64,000 nt of DNA from Gammaproteobacteria bacterium. Its GTDB lineage: Bacteria > Pseudomonadota > Gammaproteobacteria > Steroidobacterales > JABDLF01. Each line of letters opens with the position of its first letter. Position 1 is the stretch's first letter. Below, piece after piece: positions 50,689 through 61,232 of the stretch. The notes below the pieces were generated by a model. It saw only the letters and a list, made by a program, of their open reading frames with translations, was not told where the DNA came from and searched no databases. The stretch covers positions 2,874-66,873 of the forward strand of contig JABDLF010000007.1 in the NCBI GenBank assembly GCA_013003115.1. Direction: 5' to 3'. Made by a program: the position numbers and the translations under genes.

Positions 50689-51936
50689 ATGCAAAAACAT
50701 ATTTCTGATCTCTGCAAGCCGGCTCTGGCGATAATCGTCGGGGCGATGCTGCTTGCGGGACCGTCGTTCGCCGCAGATGACGATGACGACAAGCCGCAGG
50801 CGACGATGACCGAGCGCGTTTACAAGCGCTTGCTGCAGGCGCAGGAACTGCTCGGTGAGAGCAACTATGCTGATTCACTTTCCAAGCTGCGATCGATCGA
50901 ACGGATGGATCTGAATGAGTATGAGCGGGCGCTGGTGCTGCAGACCATCGGATTCGTTTATGCCCAGCAAGGCCAGTACCCGGAAGCCATCAGGAATTTT
51001 GAGGCCTGCCTGGCGCTGAATGCCCTGCCGAGTGCAGCTCAGCAGGGCATGCTCTATTCCCTCGCGTCGCTGTACATGTCCCAGGAGATGTATCAGAAGA
51101 CCATCAGTACTCTGCAGCGCTGGCTCGCCAATGAAACCGACCCCAAACCCGATGCGTTCATCATGATGGCCTCGTCCTACGCCAGCATGAACGACTATCG
51201 CAGCGCGTTGCCCTGGGCCAAGCGTGCGGTCGATGGCAGCGCGGAGCCCAAGGAAAACTGGCACCAGTTGCTGGTAGCGATCTACTTTGAGCTGGAGCAA
51301 TACGGCAACGCCGCCGAGGTGTTGACGAGAATGGTGGGCTACTGGCCCGACAAGCTGCGCTACTGGGAAACGCTGTTTGGCGCCTACCAGCAGAAGCAGG
51401 ATGATAAACAGGCACTGGCAACCTTGAACCTGGCCTACGCCAACGGGCTGCTCACGGAAGAGAAGAAAATCGTAAACCTGGCGCGCATGCGCATGTTCAT
51501 GAATCTCCCGTTTTACGCCGGCGACCTGATCGAAAAAGAAATAGCTGGTGGACGCGTGGAGCGGAACGAGAAGAACCTCGGGCTGCTGCTATCGGCATGG
51601 AGCGCTGCGCGGGAATACGACAAGGCCATCGCGGTTATCGACCAGCTTGCTCCGTTAAAAGGGGACGGCGAGCTCTATCTGCAGCAAGCCCAGCTTTTCA
51701 ACGAGAAGAACAACTGGGAAGGTGTCGCGCAGTCGGTGCAGAAAGCGCTCGACAAGGGGGGGCTGAAGAGCACCGGCAAAGCGTATTTGCTGCAAGGCCT
51801 CGCGTTCTCTGAGCAGAAAAAATTCAGGGACGCTATCGCCTCATTCCGGCGCGCCCAGCAGTTTGAAGAAACACGCTCGCAGGCCACTGGCTGGATCGAG
51901 TACGTCAACGAGCAAATAGAAATCCGGGCAAGCTGA
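50689..51936 (+). CDS. Tetratricopeptide-repeat protein (TtpD-like) of the TonB2-type cluster
   Basis: Start at MQKHISDLCKPALAIIVGAMLLAGPSFA (signal peptide), followed by multiple TPR-like repeats. The 533-aa track version would overlap tonB by 344 nt and was trimmed. Confidence 0.75.
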   Translation: MQKHISDLCKPALAIIVGAMLLAGPSFAADDDDDKPQATMTERVYKRLLQAQELLGESNYADSLSKLRSIERMDLNEYERALVLQTIGFVYAQQGQYPEAIRNFEACLALNALPSAAQQGMLYSLASLYMSQEMYQKTISTLQRWLANETDPKPDAFIMMASSYASMNDYRSALPWAKRAVDGSAEPKENWHQLLVAIYFELEQYGNAAEVLTRMVGYWPDKLRYWETLFGAYQQKQDDKQALATLNLAYANGLLTEEKKIVNLARMRMFMNLPFYAGDLIEKEIAGGRVERNEKNLGLLLSAWSAAREYDKAIAVIDQLAPLKGDGELYLQQAQLFNEKNNWEGVAQSVQKALDKGGLKSTGKAYLLQGLAFSEQKKFRDAIASFRRAQQFEETRSQATGWIEYVNEQIEIRAS

Positions 51937-51954
51937 CTCGAGTCATGTTTGCCG

Positions 51955-52692
51955 CTATGCCGGATTGAAATGGCCGCCGGCCAGATCCTCTTCGTCGATA
52001 TTTGCAAGAATCTGTGAACGGACCTTGTCACGCATAGCCCTGGCGGCGTCGCGGCCATTTCCAGTGGCCTCGACAGCGGGCAGGATCTTTACCTCCAGCC
52101 TGGAAGGTTTTGGAAGCCACGCGCCGGACGGCAGCATCCTGCGTGTCCCGGAAATAGCAATCGGTACGACCGGCAGACCGGAGCGGGTGGCTGTCAGAAA
52201 GGCTCCCAGTCGAAAAGGCCGCAAGCCATATTCCGGCGTAAACGTGCCTTCGGGGAAAAAACCCAGCGCCTGTCCGTCAGCTGCCGCGCGCAGTATCCGG
52301 CGGGCATCCTGTGCGCCGGCATGGTCATTGTCGCGCGTTACAAACTCCGAGCCGAGTCGGTGCAGCATGAATCCGCCCAACGGTATACCGCGCGCCTCTT
52401 TCTTGATGACGAAGCTGAAGCGCGGAGGCAGCACGGCTTTTATAAGCACGCCGTCCAGATAGCTGCAGTGATTGGCGACCACGACGCAGGCGCCCTTCGG
52501 CAGCCCGGCGAGACCCGTAACGCGAGGTCCCGCGGCGATCAATGCGAGCAGAACTCGTGCCAGGAATTTCGCCAGTCTCCTGCGGTTGCCAAGGCCGGGA
52601 GTAGCGATAATGAGGAGTGTTCCGATGGGCAGCATCACCAGCCCTACGGCCAGCGCATACATGCCGAACATAATCCCGAGTAGTCGTTTCAC
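51955..52692 (-). CDS. Lysophospholipid (1-acyl-sn-glycerol-3-phosphate) acyltransferase family protein
   Basis: 245 aa. N-terminal TM, acyltransferase HX4D motif VVANHCSYLDG, and FPEGT motif. Confidence 0.8.
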   Translation of the reverse strand: MKRLLGIMFGMYALAVGLVMLPIGTLLIIATPGLGNRRRLAKFLARVLLALIAAGPRVTGLAGLPKGACVVVANHCSYLDGVLIKAVLPPRFSFVIKKEARGIPLGGFMLHRLGSEFVTRDNDHAGAQDARRILRAAADGQALGFFPEGTFTPEYGLRPFRLGAFLTATRSGLPVVPIAISGTRRMLPSGAWLPKPSRLEVKILPAVEATGNGRDAARAMRDKVRSQILANIDEEDLAGGHFNPA

Positions 52693-52790
52693 GGCAGCGC
52701 GTGGCGTGCGGCAAGAGTGATCATGATCATTTCCGGTGGCGTCTCCCTGTCAACGAGTGACAGGTAAAACGGCGCAATGTCACCAACTAA

Positions 52791-52806
52791 TGTGAACTGG
52801 TTCACG
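52791..52806. promoter_or_regulatory. CRP/Vfr-like binding-site candidate TGTGA-ACTGGT-TCACG
   Basis: 9/10 match to the core CRP consensus TGTGA-N6-TCACA, read directly from the sequence. Confidence 0.4.
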
Positions 52807-52832
52807 CCTTATGTTAATAAATCTCTGATTTC

Positions 52833-52848
52833 TGTGACTTAATTCACG
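52833..52848. promoter_or_regulatory. Second CRP/Vfr-like binding-site candidate TGTGA-CTTAAT-TCACG
   Basis: Same half-sites as the first site. Centres are 42 nt apart (about four helical turns). A CATACT -10-like hexamer lies at 52873-52878 on the plus strand. Confidence 0.4.
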
Positions 52849-53028
52849 GCTCGAAGCGTCCCGGCACAGCATACTCAGTCTCGTTGCTTTCGCCTTGTTG
52901 AGGCGGAAGATCGGACCGCCCGCGACGTGATGCGCTTTGGAGCATCGAGCTGCGTGGCAAAGGTCACCATCCTCTGGAGCCGGAGCCTGAATGACGGGCG
53001 ACGGATAGTGTAACAAGCGGAGCTGTAG

Positions 53029-53964
53029 ATGCCCTCAGCCAAACCTCTCAATTCGGACGATTCGGCACTGGCTGAAGCTCAGGAGCGGACCATCGACCGG
53101 TTCCTGGACGCCGTCTGGATGGAGAGGGGCCTGTCGGCCAACACGCTGGCCGCTTACCGAGCGGATCTGAACGCACTTTCCCGGTGGCTCCTTGAGCGTG
53201 ACCTCGGACTGCTGGACGCAGGCCGCGAGCATTTGCTGGGCTTCGTTGCGGCGCGCGCAGAAGCCGGCGCCCGACCGCGCTCGACCGCGAGACAGCTGTC
53301 CAGCTTCCGACGATTCTTTCGCTACTTTGTTCGCGAAGGAGAGATTCAGGACGACCCGACGGCACGAATAGAGATGCCCAAGGTGGGACGGGCGCTGCCT
53401 GAAACGATTACGGAAGAGGAGGTCGAGTCTCTGCTCAAGGCTCCGGACGTTAAGGACGCCCTCGGACTGCGGGACCGCACGATGCTCGAGCTGCTCTATG
53501 CAACCGGGCTCAGGGTAACCGAGCTCATCAACCTGACCCAGTCGCAGATAAATCTGAACCAGGGCGTTATTCGCATAATAGGCAAGGGTGATCGAGAGCG
53601 CCTTATTCCCCTTGGTGAGGAATGTCAGAGCTGGATCAGGAAATTCTGTGCCGGTGCGCGCCTCGATATTCTCATGGACAGGCAGACCGACTACCTGTTT
53701 CCGACCCGGCGTGGCAATCGTATGACGCGCCAGGCCTTCTGGCACATAATCAAACGCTACGGCGCCAAGGCGGGCATCAGTAAAAAATTGTCACCGCATA
53801 GTCTGCGCCACGCCTTCGCAACGCACCTTCTGAATCATGGTGCAGACCTCAGGGTCGTGCAAATGTTGTTGGGGCACAGCGACTTGTCGACAACCCAGAT
53901 TTACACGCATGTTGCCCGTGAGCGCCTGAAGGACATCCACGGGACCCACCACCCGCGCGGCTGA
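53029..53964 (+). CDS. xerD: Site-specific tyrosine recombinase XerD
   Basis: 311 aa. IDRFLDAVWMERGLSANTLAAYRADL, catalytic region LSPHSLRHAFATHLLNHGADLRVVQMLLGHSDLSTTQIYTHV. Confidence 0.9.
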   Translation: MPSAKPLNSDDSALAEAQERTIDRFLDAVWMERGLSANTLAAYRADLNALSRWLLERDLGLLDAGREHLLGFVAARAEAGARPRSTARQLSSFRRFFRYFVREGEIQDDPTARIEMPKVGRALPETITEEEVESLLKAPDVKDALGLRDRTMLELLYATGLRVTELINLTQSQINLNQGVIRIIGKGDRERLIPLGEECQSWIRKFCAGARLDILMDRQTDYLFPTRRGNRMTRQAFWHIIKRYGAKAGISKKLSPHSLRHAFATHLLNHGADLRVVQMLLGHSDLSTTQIYTHVARERLKDIHGTHHPRG

Positions 53965-54066
53965 CGCCGACAAGCTGCGGCCTATCTGCTAACATTCCCG
54001 GCAGATTGGAACCGACCACGGTTCCCGGGGTCACATTCAGCAAGTTAACGTTTCCAGGGTCGCGAT

Positions 54067-54795
54067 ATGTCAAGCAAACTTCTCTCCTCGTTATTCGCAT
54101 TCGCTACGGCGATTCTGATTTTGTCCGGGGCGGCCCGGGCCCAGGATGATCCGCGCAGCGCCATCGCCGGAAAGCTCCCCGGGGTTACGGTCGAAGACGT
54201 TCAGGAAAGCCCCGTTGCCGGACTTTATGAAGTGGCGGTTGGCGCCAACGTTGTTTACCTGAGCAAGGGCGGCCGTTACCTGCTTCAGGGAGAGATGGTT
54301 GATCTTGAGGGCAACGCCAATCTGACCGAAGCGCGTCGAGGACAACTGCGTCAGCGCGTGCTCAACGAAATGGGCGTTGACAAGATGATCGTGTTTTCAC
54401 CTGAAAACGTGAAGCACAGTATTACCGTGTTTACCGACATCGACTGTGCCTACTGTCGCAAGCTGCATCGCGAGATGGTGGATCTCAACAACCGGGGGAT
54501 CGAGGTCCGATATATGTTCTGGCCGCGGTCAGGGCCAAATACGGAGTCGTGGGCGAAGGCCGAAAAGGTCTGGTGCTCTGCCGACCGAAATTCTGCCATG
54601 ACGTTGGCCAAGGCCGGCAAGCCGGTGGAAGCCGAGGTTTGCGAGGGTACCCCTGTCAACGAGCATTACAAGCTCGGACGCGACGTCGGTTTGCGCGGCA
54701 CACCCGCCATCGTGACGGAGAAGGGGCGACTGATTTCCGGTTATCTGCCCGCGCCGCAGCTGGCGGCCGAGCTGGATAAAGACAACAAGAGCTGA
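54067..54795 (+). CDS. dsbC: Thiol:disulfide interchange protein DsbC
   Basis: 242 aa. Signal peptide, dimerisation domain (GLYEV...VVYLSKGGRYLLQGEMVDL), thioredoxin fold with FTDIDCAYCRKLH. Confidence 0.85.
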   Translation: MSSKLLSSLFAFATAILILSGAARAQDDPRSAIAGKLPGVTVEDVQESPVAGLYEVAVGANVVYLSKGGRYLLQGEMVDLEGNANLTEARRGQLRQRVLNEMGVDKMIVFSPENVKHSITVFTDIDCAYCRKLHREMVDLNNRGIEVRYMFWPRSGPNTESWAKAEKVWCSADRNSAMTLAKAGKPVEAEVCEGTPVNEHYKLGRDVGLRGTPAIVTEKGRLISGYLPAPQLAAELDKDNKS

Positions 54796-54811
54796 GCGCT
54801 GGCTTTGCGGC

Positions 54812-55135
54812 TCAGCGCTCGAGGTGCTCGAGCTTTTTGCTGACGCCTTCCCATTCCTTGGCATCAGGCGGCGCTTCTTTCATTTCATTTATCACGGGCC
54901 AGTTCTTTGAGAGTTCAGCGTTCAACTCCAGAAACTGCTCCTGGCCTTCCGGCAGGTCTTCTTCCGAATAAATCGCTTCTACGGGGCATTCCGGCTCGCA
55001 AAGCGTGCAGTCAATGCACTCCTCAGGGTCTATAACCAGAAAATTCGGCCCTTCGTGAAAGCAGTCTACCGGGCATACTTCGACGCAGTCGGTGTACTTG
55101 CACTTGATACAGGCCTCGGTCACGACAAAAGTCAT
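54812..55135 (-). CDS. fdxA: 7Fe ferredoxin (3Fe-4S/4Fe-4S), FdxA type
   Basis: [55 protein letters not shown] is near-canonical Azotobacter-type ferredoxin I. Confidence 0.92.
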   Translation of the reverse strand: MTFVVTEACIKCKYTDCVEVCPVDCFHEGPNFLVIDPEECIDCTLCEPECPVEAIYSEEDLPEGQEQFLELNAELSKNWPVINEMKEAPPDAKEWEGVSKKLEHLER

Positions 55136-55235
55136 TGCTGTCTCCGTAAAAGTTCGGCGAAAAGCTCCTGGTCATTGAATCCCTCACAGGAGCGCTGACT
55201 ATTTTGCCACAGGGCGGGTGACCTTCGCAGCGCAA

Positions 55236-55781
55236 TCAGCCTTTCGACCTGCGTCTTCGAATGGTGGTCGTGTGCAGGCCGAAGCTGCCGCGTTCGAGAT
55301 CCTGCAGGTAGCGCTCGAGCGTAAAGCTGATGCTGGGGAACGCCAGATCGGCCCAGGGGATATCGGCAGGCAGGAGCAGCTCACTCTCGAGGCTCTCCTC
55401 GCCAGGGCCATGCTCCGGCGAAAGCATCCTCGCGAGAAACATTATGTGGACCTGGTTCACATGAATTACGTTGACTGTGGCGAAGAGTTCGCCGACCTCG
55501 ATGTCTGCGAGCGCTTCTTCCCGTGTTTCGCGTGCGGCACCTTCCTGCATACTTTCATCGTTTTCCATGAAACCCGCGGGCAGCGTCCAGTAGCCCTTGC
55601 GAGGTTCGATGGACCGGCGGCACAGCAGGATTTTCCCTTCCCATACTGGGATGGCGCCGACTACTATCAGCGGGTTGCGATAGTGAATAGTCCCGCAGCC
55701 GGTGCATACATGCCGAGGCAGGGTGTCGCCTTCGGGAACCAAAAGGCTCACGGGCTGGCCACATTGACTACAGTAGTTCAT
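55236..55781 (-). CDS. NUDIX hydrolase with N-terminal zinc ribbon
   Basis: Start at MNYCSQCGQPV...HVCTGCG (CxxC...CxxC). Nudix box GFMENDESMQEGAARETREEA. Confidence 0.8.
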   Translation of the reverse strand: MNYCSQCGQPVSLLVPEGDTLPRHVCTGCGTIHYRNPLIVVGAIPVWEGKILLCRRSIEPRKGYWTLPAGFMENDESMQEGAARETREEALADIEVGELFATVNVIHVNQVHIMFLARMLSPEHGPGEESLESELLLPADIPWADLAFPSISFTLERYLQDLERGSFGLHTTTIRRRRSKG

Positions 55782-55854
55782 GGTTATGTTTTCCCGGAAT
55801 GCGCCAGCCAGGCTCGCGACGCCGCCCATAAAACTGACCTGAGCGCGCCAGCGA

Positions 55855-55941
55855 TGGTACCGAGGGGGGGACTCGAACCCCCAAGCCCTTGCGAGCAGCG
55901 GATTTTGAATCCGCCGTGTCTACCAATTCCACCACCCCGGC
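55855..55941 (-). tRNA. tRNA-Leu (anticodon CAA), class II with long variable arm, encoded CCA end
   Basis: The reverse complement reads GCCGGGGTGGTGGAATTGGTAGACACGGCGGATTCAAAATCCGCTGCTCGCAAGGGCTTGGGGGTTCGAGTCCCCCCCTCGGTACCA. It has a 7-bp acceptor stem, anticodon loop TTCAAAA and T-loop GGTTCGAGTCC. Confidence 0.9.
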
Positions 55942-56039
55942 GAGGCTGGATCATGAAGGCAAGCAAGTATATGGAATTCTCCCACACCCGCAACAATCAT
56001 CCTCCTGCGACCTTTTTGCCCGCAGGCGCATCTGTCTAG

Positions 56040-56621
56040 GTGATGAGCGCTTTTTTAGACCCGGAAGTTCCAGAAGAGCTGCTGCGTGCTGCGCAGGCAG
56101 GGGACCTGGTGGCACATGAAAAGCTGTTCAGGCGCTTTCACAAGCCGATTTTCAGTCTTGCCTGGCGCATGCTGGCGAATCGCGCGGCGGCGGAGGAGGT
56201 GGTCCAGGACACTTTTGTGGAGATTCTGAGGAAGCTTGGGAGTTTCAGGGGTGATTCGCCCCTTGGTGGATGGATTCGGCGAATTGCTGTCAATTTTTGC
56301 CTGATGCACCTGCGATCCGCCTGGCACGTGCGCTCGGTGTCATTAAGCGCCATCGGCGAAGCCGAAGCAGGTCTCGACCCTGCCAGGGCGGGAGGCGCAG
56401 CGGATTTGTCCCGGGCGCTTGCCGAGCTGCCGGTCAAGTCGCGAATGGTTGTCTGGCTCCACGATGTAGAGGGACTGACCCACAAGGAGATCGGTGAAGC
56501 GATGGGCAAGACAGAAAGTTTTTCCAAGTCCCAGCTCGTGCGCGCACACAAACGCCTGCGCGACCTGCTGGGCGAAAACCGAGAAGCAAGAACATGCATG
56601 CAAGTATCGAACAGTTATTAA
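56040..56621 (+). CDS. ECF (extracytoplasmic-function) RNA polymerase sigma-70 family factor
   Basis: 193 aa. Region 2 (FRRFHKPIFSLAWRMLANRAAAEEVVQDTFVEI), region 4 (VVWLHDVEGLTHKEIGEAMGKTESFSKSQLVRAHKRLR). Confidence 0.85.
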   Translation: MMSAFLDPEVPEELLRAAQAGDLVAHEKLFRRFHKPIFSLAWRMLANRAAAEEVVQDTFVEILRKLGSFRGDSPLGGWIRRIAVNFCLMHLRSAWHVRSVSLSAIGEAEAGLDPARAGGAADLSRALAELPVKSRMVVWLHDVEGLTHKEIGEAMGKTESFSKSQLVRAHKRLRDLLGENREARTCMQVSNSY

Positions 56622-57244
56622 ACCTCCAGGATGCGTCTGCGGCACGGCGCGGTGAGGCTGCCGACCGCGTTCACGTGGACGCCTGTCCCGAGTGCCAGCA
56701 TGAGTTACATCGCATCGAAGCCCTGCGCGCCGAGCTTAAGTCGCTGCCCGAGGTGGAGCCGGATGGCAAATCCGCTGATGCAACGTGGGCGACGATCGTG
56801 GCGCGCTACGGGCAGACCCGCGCGAAAGAAGAGGCCGGAAAGGACGCTCAGCACTGGTTGCCTCTGAGTCTCGCCGCATCGCTGGTGCTGGCGACACTCG
56901 TGGCGGTCTTTGCAAGCTGGCAGCGAGCGGAGACGCCGGTGGTGGCGAGCAGCGCCGAGCCAACAAGAACGGTGCCTGCCACCTCGGAACTCGTCGAGCG
57001 TTCGCAGCGGCTTGAGCAGATCCTCGGGAGCCTGCAATACGAGCCGCGCGTCGTGAATGCTCGAACCGCGGGCACCATCGCTCAGCTGGAAGACCAGATC
57101 GCCTGGATTGACTACGGTCTTGGTGAGGGCGGCGACGGGCGCCTCAGCGAAACCGATGCCAACGCGCTTTGGCGGCAGAGAGTCGAGCTTATGAATTCGC
57201 TGGTTTACGTGCGCTATGCGCAGGCCCAGCGCGTCGATTTTTAA
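56594..57244 (+). CDS. Zinc-binding (ZAS-type) transmembrane anti-sigma factor
   Basis: 216 aa. HVDACPEC fits H-x3-C-x2-C. One TM segment (WLPLSLAASLVLATLVAVFASW). Overlaps the sigma gene by 28 nt. Confidence 0.7.
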   Translation: MHASIEQLLNLQDASAARRGEAADRVHVDACPECQHELHRIEALRAELKSLPEVEPDGKSADATWATIVARYGQTRAKEEAGKDAQHWLPLSLAASLVLATLVAVFASWQRAETPVVASSAEPTRTVPATSELVERSQRLEQILGSLQYEPRVVNARTAGTIAQLEDQIAWIDYGLGEGGDGRLSETDANALWRQRVELMNSLVYVRYAQAQRVDF

Positions 57245-57275
57245 TTGCGTTTTAAACCTTTTCGGAGGGATTGAT

Positions 57276-58439
57276 ATGAAGCACTTATTGTTATGTTTGA
57301 CCTTTACTTTTGCCGTCTCAGGCCTGACCCCGTTCAATGTCGCTGACGCCGCCGAGGAGACAGCGCCCACCGACGCCGAGTTGGAAAAGCGCCTTGCCGA
57401 AGCGCGGGAGCGCCTCGACAAAGCCGCGCAGGAAATCAGCGAGGTCACCACCAGGCTGCACGGAGACGCTATGAAGCATGTCGTGCGCATGGTTCACAAT
57501 GACGGTGGCAAACCACGCGCCGTGATCGGCATAAATATTGGTGAGCGTAACGAAAACGGCAAGGTGACCGGCGTATCGCCAAAGGGCGTGGTGGTGCTCG
57601 GCGTTACGCCTGGCGGATCCGCGGACGAAGCGGGTCTCAAAACCAACGACATCATTACGCACTTAAACGGAAAGTCCCTCGAAGGGGATGGCAAGGCGTC
57701 CAATGACAAGCTGATGGCCATCATGAATGATGTGAGCCCGGGCGATACGGTGAAGATTGAATACCTCAGAGACGGCAAAAAGGGCAAGATCGATCTCGAA
57801 ACGGGAGAGATGACTGCGCCACATTTCTCAGGAATGCTCGCGCCCGGATCTGATCACAAATTCTTTCGCTGGAACAGCGAAGCGGGTGGCGCGCCCATGC
57901 CACCTATTCCCGCCGTGCCGGGCGTACCAGGCATGCCCATGATCGCGCCGATGCCGGCGCATGGCTGGGGCGGCATGGAGCTGGTGCAGATCACACCAAA
58001 GCTGGGCGAATACTTTAAGACAGATCAGGGTCTGCTGGTGGTGCGTGCGCCGGAGGCAGAGGACGTCGAGCTCGAGGAGGGCGACGTCATTCTCAGCATT
58101 GGCGGCCGCGAGCCGAAGGACGTTCGCCATGCGATGAGGATTCTGCGTTCTTACGCGGCGGAAGAGAAAGTCGAAATGGAGATCATGCGTAAGAAACGCA
58201 AGCGCAAGATCAGCTTCACGATTGATAAAAACGCCACTTACGGCGCGGCGCCCGGATTCCAATACCGCTTCATGACGCCGGAAGGTGAGGGCGACTACGA
58301 AGTCCATGTAGAGCGTGGCGCAAACGGCGGCGACAAGGAAGTTATTATCAAGAAAAAGGTGATGAAAATGGATGGAGCTGCCGCCGGCGACGCCGATGAG
58401 GTTCGCATCATCGTGGAGGAAGAAAAGACAGGCACCTGA
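57276..58439 (+). CDS. Secreted double-PDZ protein without a protease domain, with a Met/Pro-rich linker
   Basis: Start at MKHLLLCLTFTFAVSG (signal peptide). PDZ1 GVVVLGVTPGGSADEAGLKTNDIITHLNG. Linker GGAPMPPIPAVPGVPGMPMIAPMPAHGWGGM. PDZ2 GLLVVRAPEAEDVELEEGDVILSIGG. No GDSGG-type serine-protease motif. Confidence 0.7.
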   Translation: MKHLLLCLTFTFAVSGLTPFNVADAAEETAPTDAELEKRLAEARERLDKAAQEISEVTTRLHGDAMKHVVRMVHNDGGKPRAVIGINIGERNENGKVTGVSPKGVVVLGVTPGGSADEAGLKTNDIITHLNGKSLEGDGKASNDKLMAIMNDVSPGDTVKIEYLRDGKKGKIDLETGEMTAPHFSGMLAPGSDHKFFRWNSEAGGAPMPPIPAVPGVPGMPMIAPMPAHGWGGMELVQITPKLGEYFKTDQGLLVVRAPEAEDVELEEGDVILSIGGREPKDVRHAMRILRSYAAEEKVEMEIMRKKRKRKISFTIDKNATYGAAPGFQYRFMTPEGEGDYEVHVERGANGGDKEVIIKKKVMKMDGAAAGDADEVRIIVEEEKTGT

Positions 58440-58463
58440 GTCCGCGCAAAGACCATCGACGCG

Positions 58464-58491
58464 AGGCCGGCTTCTCAGCCGGCCTTTTTTT
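58464..58491 (+). terminator. Rho-independent terminator
   Basis: Perfect 9-bp stem AGGCCGGCT / AGCCGGCCT with loop TCTC, followed by a 7-T run. Lies 25 nt after the PDZ gene stop. Confidence 0.75.
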
Positions 58492-58531
58492 GCTCGTGAG
58501 CAATGGGGCGAACTGGTAGTCTTTGCGGCCC

Positions 58532-60690
<2,159 letters not shown>

Positions 60691-60701
60691 TACCGCGCTT
60701 C

Positions 60702-60736
60702 GCCCGGACGGCTCAGGCCGGTTCCGGGCATGTTTT
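60702..60736 (+). terminator. Hairpin (GCCCGGA...TCCGGGC with an inner CGGC/GCCG stem) followed by ATGTTTTG; possible weak terminator/attenuator between tgt and yajC
   Basis: Read directly. The T-tract is only 4 nt, so function is uncertain. Confidence 0.35.
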
Positions 60737-60749
60737 GCGAGGGCTTGCG

Positions 60750-61076
60750 ATGAATTTCCTGATCAATGACGCCTGGGCCGCGGCCGACCCTGGCGCCGGC
60801 GGTTCCCTGATGGGGCTGCTGCCGCTGGTTATCATTTTTGTTGTTTTTTACTTCCTGCTTATCCGACCGCAGACCAAGCGAGCAAAGGAGCAGCGCGAAA
60901 TGGTTTCCGCGTTGGCCAAAGGAGACGAAGTGGTCACCAACGGCGGACTGCTCGGACGCATCACAGAGGTCGGCGAGCAGTTCATCGATCTCGAGCTGGG
61001 CGAAGGCAACGTCGTCAAGGTTCAGAAGCATGCGGTCGCGGCACTTGTGCCAAAGGGGACGCTCAAGAGCGCCTGA
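60750..61076 (+). CDS. yajC: Preprotein translocase subunit YajC
   Basis: MNFLINDAWAA...FYFLLIRPQTKRAKEQREMVSALAKGDEVVTNGGLLGRI is collinear with E. coli YajC. Confidence 0.9.
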   Translation: MNFLINDAWAAADPGAGGSLMGLLPLVIIFVVFYFLLIRPQTKRAKEQREMVSALAKGDEVVTNGGLLGRITEVGEQFIDLELGEGNVVKVQKHAVAALVPKGTLKSA

Positions 61077-61232
61077 AAAAAGGGGCTTAAGTCCTGGCGC
61101 ATTTGCAGTCTCAGCGGTTCCCCGGAGCGGCACGAGGTCAGAGGCGGGGTTGAATAGCGGAGCTTCGGCCCCAGTAACTAGTGGATAAACAATAAAGGCG
61201 TGCTGAGAGAGCACTGCCAGCGAGATAAATTG

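Noticed and set aside
52780-53016. 78-aa minus-strand ORF in the plsC-like/xerD intergenic region
   Set aside because: It has a TTG start, no visible Shine-Dalgarno and no recognisable features. It spans the AT-rich promoter-like DNA that contains the CRP-like sites, so the region is treated as non-coding.
53029-55941. Tyrosine recombinase plus nearby tRNA-Leu as a genomic-island integration module
   Set aside because: The recombinase has the full XerD signature and the conserved xerD-dsbC housekeeping context. I saw no direct repeat of the tRNA 3' end, and the flanking genes (fdxA, NUDIX, ECF module, queA-tgt) are not mobile-element cargo.
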